The notes under the pieces are model-generated. The model made no database searches. It was not told the DNA's origin and saw only the letters and a list, made by a program, of their open reading frames with translations. A DNA stretch of 49,133 bases, from NCBI GenBank assembly GCA_026985385.1, contig JALSQM010000036.1:1-49133 (forward strand), given 5' to 3'. Positions 45,266-49,133 of this stretch are shown piece by piece. The position numbers were made by a program, and so were the translations under genes. Source of the stretch: Acidilobaceae archaeon. Its GTDB lineage: Archaea; Thermoproteota; Thermoprotei_A; Sulfolobales; Acidilobaceae. How positions within the stretch are numbered: the stretch's first letter is position 1; each line of letters begins with the position of its first letter.

Positions 45266-47324
45266 GAAAGCTAGAGAGCTTATGCCCCCGGCTCAAGGAG
45301 CCCTCCGCTCACCCCTCCCTCTGAGGCGTTGTCACCCTGAATACCCACTGGGGCTGGGAATGCGGCGCATACACAGGGAGGGCAGGAGGGGGTTAGGTGA
45401 GTTAATCGCAGCATTAGTTGTAGCCGTAGCGTTGACGTCAGCAGCTATCGCTATCTCAGCGCTCATTCACAGGGAAGCGGGGCTAGCCTCTACAGTAGCC
45501 CTCCGAGCCGCAGAGAGGGTTAGGGACTCAAATTTCGCCCCACTACTCAGCGTAGGCTTAGATAATGGGAGTACGCTCTACCTTGTCGTCTACCCGCAAT
45601 ACCCGATCAACGTCTCAGAGATAGTCTATGTCAAGAATGGGGTGGTTGAGGAGATAAAGGTGGGGAAAGTAATCGAGACTGTGTCCAAGCTCGTAGTTGA
45701 TCCGAAATACGACTGTAGTCCGGCGAGGATATACTTGGTCACGGGGAGCGGCGCCGTAATCCCATATATGCCTGCGCGCGACCCCAGGCTCCTATCCTTG
45801 GCGTACTCGGGGAATTCGAGCATCCTCGAGAAACCCTACATAGACTGCAGCCTCCTCCGAGCCGAAGCAAGCACGGGCAGGTCCTCCGCTCAAGCCAGCA
45901 CCGCCTCCCCCATAGGGGTGGCCGTTGATGGCGACTCCTTCTACGAATTAGAGAGTAGCGACCCCCCCAAGATAGATGTAGTTGATGGTGATCCCTACAC
46001 TATTTCTGTAATCAGAGTCGAGGCTACGGGTGCCCTTTCCTCTGGAGGGGCGAATTTAACGTATAACATTACCGTTCTGGGATCCAACGAAGAAGCCCTG
46101 GGAGTTAACGTCCAAGCAATTAGGTACAGCCACCCTTTAGACCTAAAGTATGCCGTCTCACTTAAGGGCGATCAAGGTCAGAGGGTGGACGTCTACGTGT
46201 TCGTGTATTGTGGGGGCTCAGCCTGTCTCACAGGGCTACTCTTCAGGAGCGGCTCGCCCACCATCTACACGGGCAAGGTATACTCCAACCTAACTATCCA
46301 GGCGAATCTCGATCAGACTGAGTGTCCTCTAGGCGAGAACAGCTACGTGGCTCCAAGCGTTATCGGAGGGCTTTCCAGCTACAAAACCGTGGTAACGGCT
46401 ACCTGTACCTCTACGCAGTGGTACACGGATTACACGCTGGAGGGGGAGATTATCGATGGGAGCTACGCTACAGTAGGCCCGCTGGTGCTGGCCTACTCCA
46501 CGTCGATCAGTGAAGGACTGAAGATGTGGGCTGATGTATGGCTCCAGTCAACTATGCCTATAGGGGGGTCGTCTTCGATCTACCAGCTACCCTGCAGGGG
46601 TCCACTCAAGTATAGGCTAGTGCCTTACACCGTTCAAGGCTCGGATCCCCTGGCACAGGCCATTACCGGCCTCTACAACTCTGTCATAGAGATGGATAGC
46701 CCTAAGATCATAGTTGATTTCGGGTCGTTCAACATAACCAGGAACATCACCGTCTCAGGGGGCATCATACCATTCAGCGGTGGAGAGGCCTACCTCGTAG
46801 AGACCCCGCCCTACACGGGGCTTCCGCTGGTGACAGCGTTGAACATCAGCTACAAGTCGAAGGTTGTCTCCAGTAGCGAGTACCATGAGACGATAAGGTA
46901 TGAGTGGAACATAACAGCTCTATACTCCCCTCAACCCCTCCTATGGCCCGCGCCATTCCTGGTTCAGGTGGACTGCCTTGAGACTGGTAGAAAGCTTGTG
47001 ATAGCCGCGCCCCCAGCAAGCACGCTTACACTCGCCGAGGGGGGATTAGAGTTCCAAGGGATAGCATCCACAATAGGCGAGGTCAACGTCACACTCCGAA
47101 TGCCGTCCAACTCCACGGAGTGGCGCTTCTACATCATACCCCTCACGGGGTCTATCGATGAGGGCTTCACCGCCTCCTTTACAATGGAGCCCAGGAGCGC
47201 TATTGGCGAGGGCGCCAGCGTTACCTTGAAGCTACCCGTGGGAACATATCTAGTCATAGCCGCGCCCAGAGATCCAAGTGTTTACCCGTCGAGTTACGCT
47301 GCCATCATAGTCTTCGCATACTAG
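45264..47324 (+). CDS. Large secreted protein with a pilin-like (class III-type) N-terminal hydrophobic helix
   Basis: The 686-aa ORF contains ...MRRIHREGRRGLG|ELIAALVVAVALTSAAIAISALI (the internal ATG at 45360 is an alternative start). A pilin-like beta domain follows (STLYLVVYPQYPINVSEIVYVKNG...), then ~500 aa of beta-rich sequence with many N-x-S/T sequons. There is no C-terminal anchor. Confidence 0.6.
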   Translation: MKARELMPPAQGALRSPLPLRRCHPEYPLGLGMRRIHREGRRGLGELIAALVVAVALTSAAIAISALIHREAGLASTVALRAAERVRDSNFAPLLSVGLDNGSTLYLVVYPQYPINVSEIVYVKNGVVEEIKVGKVIETVSKLVVDPKYDCSPARIYLVTGSGAVIPYMPARDPRLLSLAYSGNSSILEKPYIDCSLLRAEASTGRSSAQASTASPIGVAVDGDSFYELESSDPPKIDVVDGDPYTISVIRVEATGALSSGGANLTYNITVLGSNEEALGVNVQAIRYSHPLDLKYAVSLKGDQGQRVDVYVFVYCGGSACLTGLLFRSGSPTIYTGKVYSNLTIQANLDQTECPLGENSYVAPSVIGGLSSYKTVVTATCTSTQWYTDYTLEGEIIDGSYATVGPLVLAYSTSISEGLKMWADVWLQSTMPIGGSSSIYQLPCRGPLKYRLVPYTVQGSDPLAQAITGLYNSVIEMDSPKIIVDFGSFNITRNITVSGGIIPFSGGEAYLVETPPYTGLPLVTALNISYKSKVVSSSEYHETIRYEWNITALYSPQPLLWPAPFLVQVDCLETGRKLVIAAPPASTLTLAEGGLEFQGIASTIGEVNVTLRMPSNSTEWRFYIIPLTGSIDEGFTASFTMEPRSAIGEGASVTLKLPVGTYLVIAAPRDPSVYPSSYAAIIVFAY

Positions 47325-47346
47325 ACCCGGCGGGAAGAGGGGCATC

Positions 47347-48582
47347 CTATTTCCTCTTCAGCCACCTCCAAGGCTTGAAGAGGGCTAGGGTTAAGGCTAG
47401 GAGGCCTGCTGAGACCGCCAGAGCTATCTCCTCGATAAGTATTAGGTGACCCCCTACACCCCCGCTCGCCGCGCCGCCTCCGGGCGTGGTTGTTGGAACG
47501 GCCACGCTAGCGATAGCTATAGCCTCGATGAAGGGGGCTCCCCCGCTTGAGCCTCCCACATATACTAGCCCCCCGCCTCTGGAGGCCGCTAGCACGAGGA
47601 GGGACTGGTTCGTCTCGTTGCTGTAGGCGAACGCCTCTAGCTCCCCTGTGCTGTTGAGGAGTAGCACAGCGAGCCTGTATGGTTTTGGGGCCAGCACACC
47701 CGCCAGGGTGAAGGCCTCCCGGGACGCGCTGAGGGCTGAGGGTATGAATGCCCCTGTACTCTTACTCCAAGCGATCGAGCCCCTCTTCACCAGCTCTACC
47801 CTACCACTGGCGTTCCCCACACCCGCCACTAGGGCCTCGCCGGAGCCGAGGTCTAGGAGTGCGAGAGGGGTGAAGGTCAGGTTGGCGAGGTAGGTCGTGT
47901 CTCCAGTGTATTGCAGGCACACCAGAATAGGGGGGTAGCCAGCGGCGCATATGCTCTGGTCTGGGCCAATAGCTACGAGGTTTAGGTAGTCACTACCCTT
48001 GCCTCCCCAATACTTGGACCAGAGAAGGCCTCCACGCGATGCTAGCCCTATGAAGTACTGATAGTCAAAGCCGAGGTGATATCTGGCTCCTGCCACTACA
48101 ATATCCCCGGCCGGAGTCGGGTAGGCTGCGAGCACCCTGTAGAGCGGCTTGGTCAGGTTGAACGTGAACACCGGCGAGAAGCCCCCCTCGCCTCCCCGGT
48201 ATAAGGTGAGGTAGGTCTTGTTACCCTCAGAGTTTTCGGTAACCACCAGCATGGACTTGCCGAGTAATAGCATGGAGAGGGGGGTCTCCCTGACGGCTAT
48301 CCTGGAGGCCCAAAGTACCCTGCCCGTACTAGCGTTGAACGCGTAGACTAGGGGGCCCTCGGAGTCTATTAGCGCGTAGAGAATCCCTGAGGAGTATTCA
48401 AGATCCACTACATAGCCCTTCAGGCTAGGCTGCCAAACCCATTGCTTGAAGGCCACAAGCCTAGAGCTTTGAGGAGCCATGGTTGAGGTGGAGGCCCCCG
48501 TAGAGCCCAGAGCCAGGGAGGCGGCTATGACGGCCGCTAAGAGCGCGGAGGCTAAGACCAGACCCGTCAGCTTCCCGCGCAC
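47347..48582 (-). CDS. Surface-anchored PQQ/BamB-like beta-propeller protein
   Basis: It has a signal peptide (MRGKLTGLVLASALLAAVIAASLALG) and recurrent G-x-x-L/A-W-A/S motifs (GRVLWASR, GGLLWSKY, GSIAWSKS). A Thr/Gly-rich linker, a TM helix and a basic tail (LALFKPWRWLKRK) follow. Confidence 0.6.
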   Translation of the reverse strand: MRGKLTGLVLASALLAAVIAASLALGSTGASTSTMAPQSSRLVAFKQWVWQPSLKGYVVDLEYSSGILYALIDSEGPLVYAFNASTGRVLWASRIAVRETPLSMLLLGKSMLVVTENSEGNKTYLTLYRGGEGGFSPVFTFNLTKPLYRVLAAYPTPAGDIVVAGARYHLGFDYQYFIGLASRGGLLWSKYWGGKGSDYLNLVAIGPDQSICAAGYPPILVCLQYTGDTTYLANLTFTPLALLDLGSGEALVAGVGNASGRVELVKRGSIAWSKSTGAFIPSALSASREAFTLAGVLAPKPYRLAVLLLNSTGELEAFAYSNETNQSLLVLAASRGGGLVYVGGSSGGAPFIEAIAIASVAVPTTTPGGGAASGGVGGHLILIEEIALAVSAGLLALTLALFKPWRWLKRK

Positions 48583-48677
48583 GGGCTACACCAGGTATAC
48601 CCCGGGGGCTCCCAGTAGCCTATAACAATCCCGAGAGACCCCTATCACCCCGGTGCTCCCACTTGAGAAGGACATGC

Positions 48678-49133
48678 ATGGCCTACCCTCTCATAGTGGT
48701 ATCCATGATTGCCTTCTCGCTCCTGCCAACTGTCGCGGGGGCCTCTGGCAGCGGGATCCCCCAGTGGGTTACAGCCAAGATCGACCCCGGGATCCTCAGC
48801 ACAGATAATGATAGCATTGAAGTGCTGGTGGTTGCCCGCCCCATACAACCGGAAGCCCTCCAAGGCCTCCCTAAGCAGGATGCGGTAAAGCTCCTAAAAA
48901 CCTGGGCCGCCAGCATCCTTGAAGGCGTCACCGATGAGGTTAGGAGGCTCGGGGGCAGCGTTGTAAACGAGTTCTGGGTCATCCCAGCGCTCGTAGCAAG
49001 GATCCCTCCTAGCGCCGCATTGAAACTCGCCGCTGATCCCAGGGTGGTAGAGGTTATTCTCAACACTGAGAAATTCCACGTTGATGGTGCAATAGGGCAG
49101 TCCGCGACCCCCTCGTCGCTGAGGGACGGCGTC
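48678..49133 (+). CDS. Subtilisin-like serine protease precursor (signal peptide plus I9-type propeptide), 3'-truncated by the window edge and absent from the ORF track
   Basis: Hand translation gives MAYPLIVVSMIAFSLLPTVAGASGSGIPQWVTAKIDPGILSTDNDSIEVLVVARP...AVKLLKTWAASILEGVTDEVRRLGGSVVNEFWVIPALVARIPPSAALKLAADPRVVEVILNTEKFHVDG..., open through 49133 (152 codons). The pattern ...V.NEFWVIPALVARIP..AALKLAADPRVVEV... is typical of S8 propeptides. The catalytic domain lies outside the window. Confidence 0.55.
   Translation, partial: MAYPLIVVSMIAFSLLPTVAGASGSGIPQWVTAKIDPGILSTDNDSIEVLVVARPIQPEALQGLPKQDAVKLLKTWAASILEGVTDEVRRLGGSVVNEFWVIPALVARIPPSAALKLAADPRVVEVILNTEKFHVDGAIGQSATPSSLRDGV

Noticed and set aside
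1-49133. CRISPR arrays, transposases or IS elements, integrases, and tRNA or rRNA genes.
   Set aside because: Reading the intergenic regions, I saw no regularly spaced direct repeats. None of the ORFs carries DDE or tyrosine/serine recombinase motifs. No structural RNA signatures were seen. This is a by-eye assessment only, so small or diverged elements could have been missed.

Overview
This is a densely coding window of roughly 57% GC by eye. It reads as a chromosome segment of a hyperthermophilic crenarchaeon (Thermoprotei, Desulfurococcales/Acidilobales-like). All calls rest on motifs read by eye, with no database search, and the species cannot be fixed.

Layout, left to right:
- 241-1482: acyl-CoA dehydrogenase.
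- 1635-7590 (minus strand): a type IV pilus-like operon in the order FlaI/TadA-type ATPase, FlaJ/TadC platform protein, pilin, PMT/GT39-like GT-C glycosyltransferase, second pilin.
- 7681-13386: a 1901-aa membrane-anchored surface protein, transcribed divergently from the pilus operon. It has a beta-propeller-like head, 14 tandem ~90-aa CarboxypepD_reg/PEGA-like domains and about 45-50 N-glycosylation sequons.
- 13404-18702: a small coiled-coil ORF, a YfcE-type phosphodiesterase overlapping a JAMM/MPN metalloprotease, an odd pilin-like protein, an M50 site-2 protease, ketopantoate reductase and citrate synthase.
- 18867-28183 (minus strand): a 19-gene ribosomal-protein block from uS19 to uL15. 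It includes RNase P Rpp29 and a 54-aa uS14 that is missing from the ORF track.
- 28238-35009 (minus strand): a chain of overlapping genes, ileS, then a solo Cas4-like PD-(D/E)xK/4Fe-4S nuclease, then a MoxR AAA+ ATPase, then a CoxE-type vWA protein.
- 35309-45173: a zinc-ribbon ORF, PCNA, a possible Rpo13-like protein, DUF72, an AbrB-ACT regulator, an unknown membrane protein, an Lhr-type helicase, and a PUA + APS/PAPS-reductase-like + 2x[4Fe-4S] fusion protein.
- 45233-49133: a 33-nt pure A/T block followed by a second surface-protein cluster. This holds a 686-aa pilin-like protein, an anchored PQQ-like propeller and a subtilisin-like protease cut off by the window edge and absent from the track.

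No rRNA, tRNA, CRISPR array or transposase was recognised.

The best candidates for undescribed biology are:
1. The pilus operon with its embedded PMT-like glycosyltransferase and the giant repeat protein.
2. The Cas4-like/MoxR/vWA module coupled to ileS.
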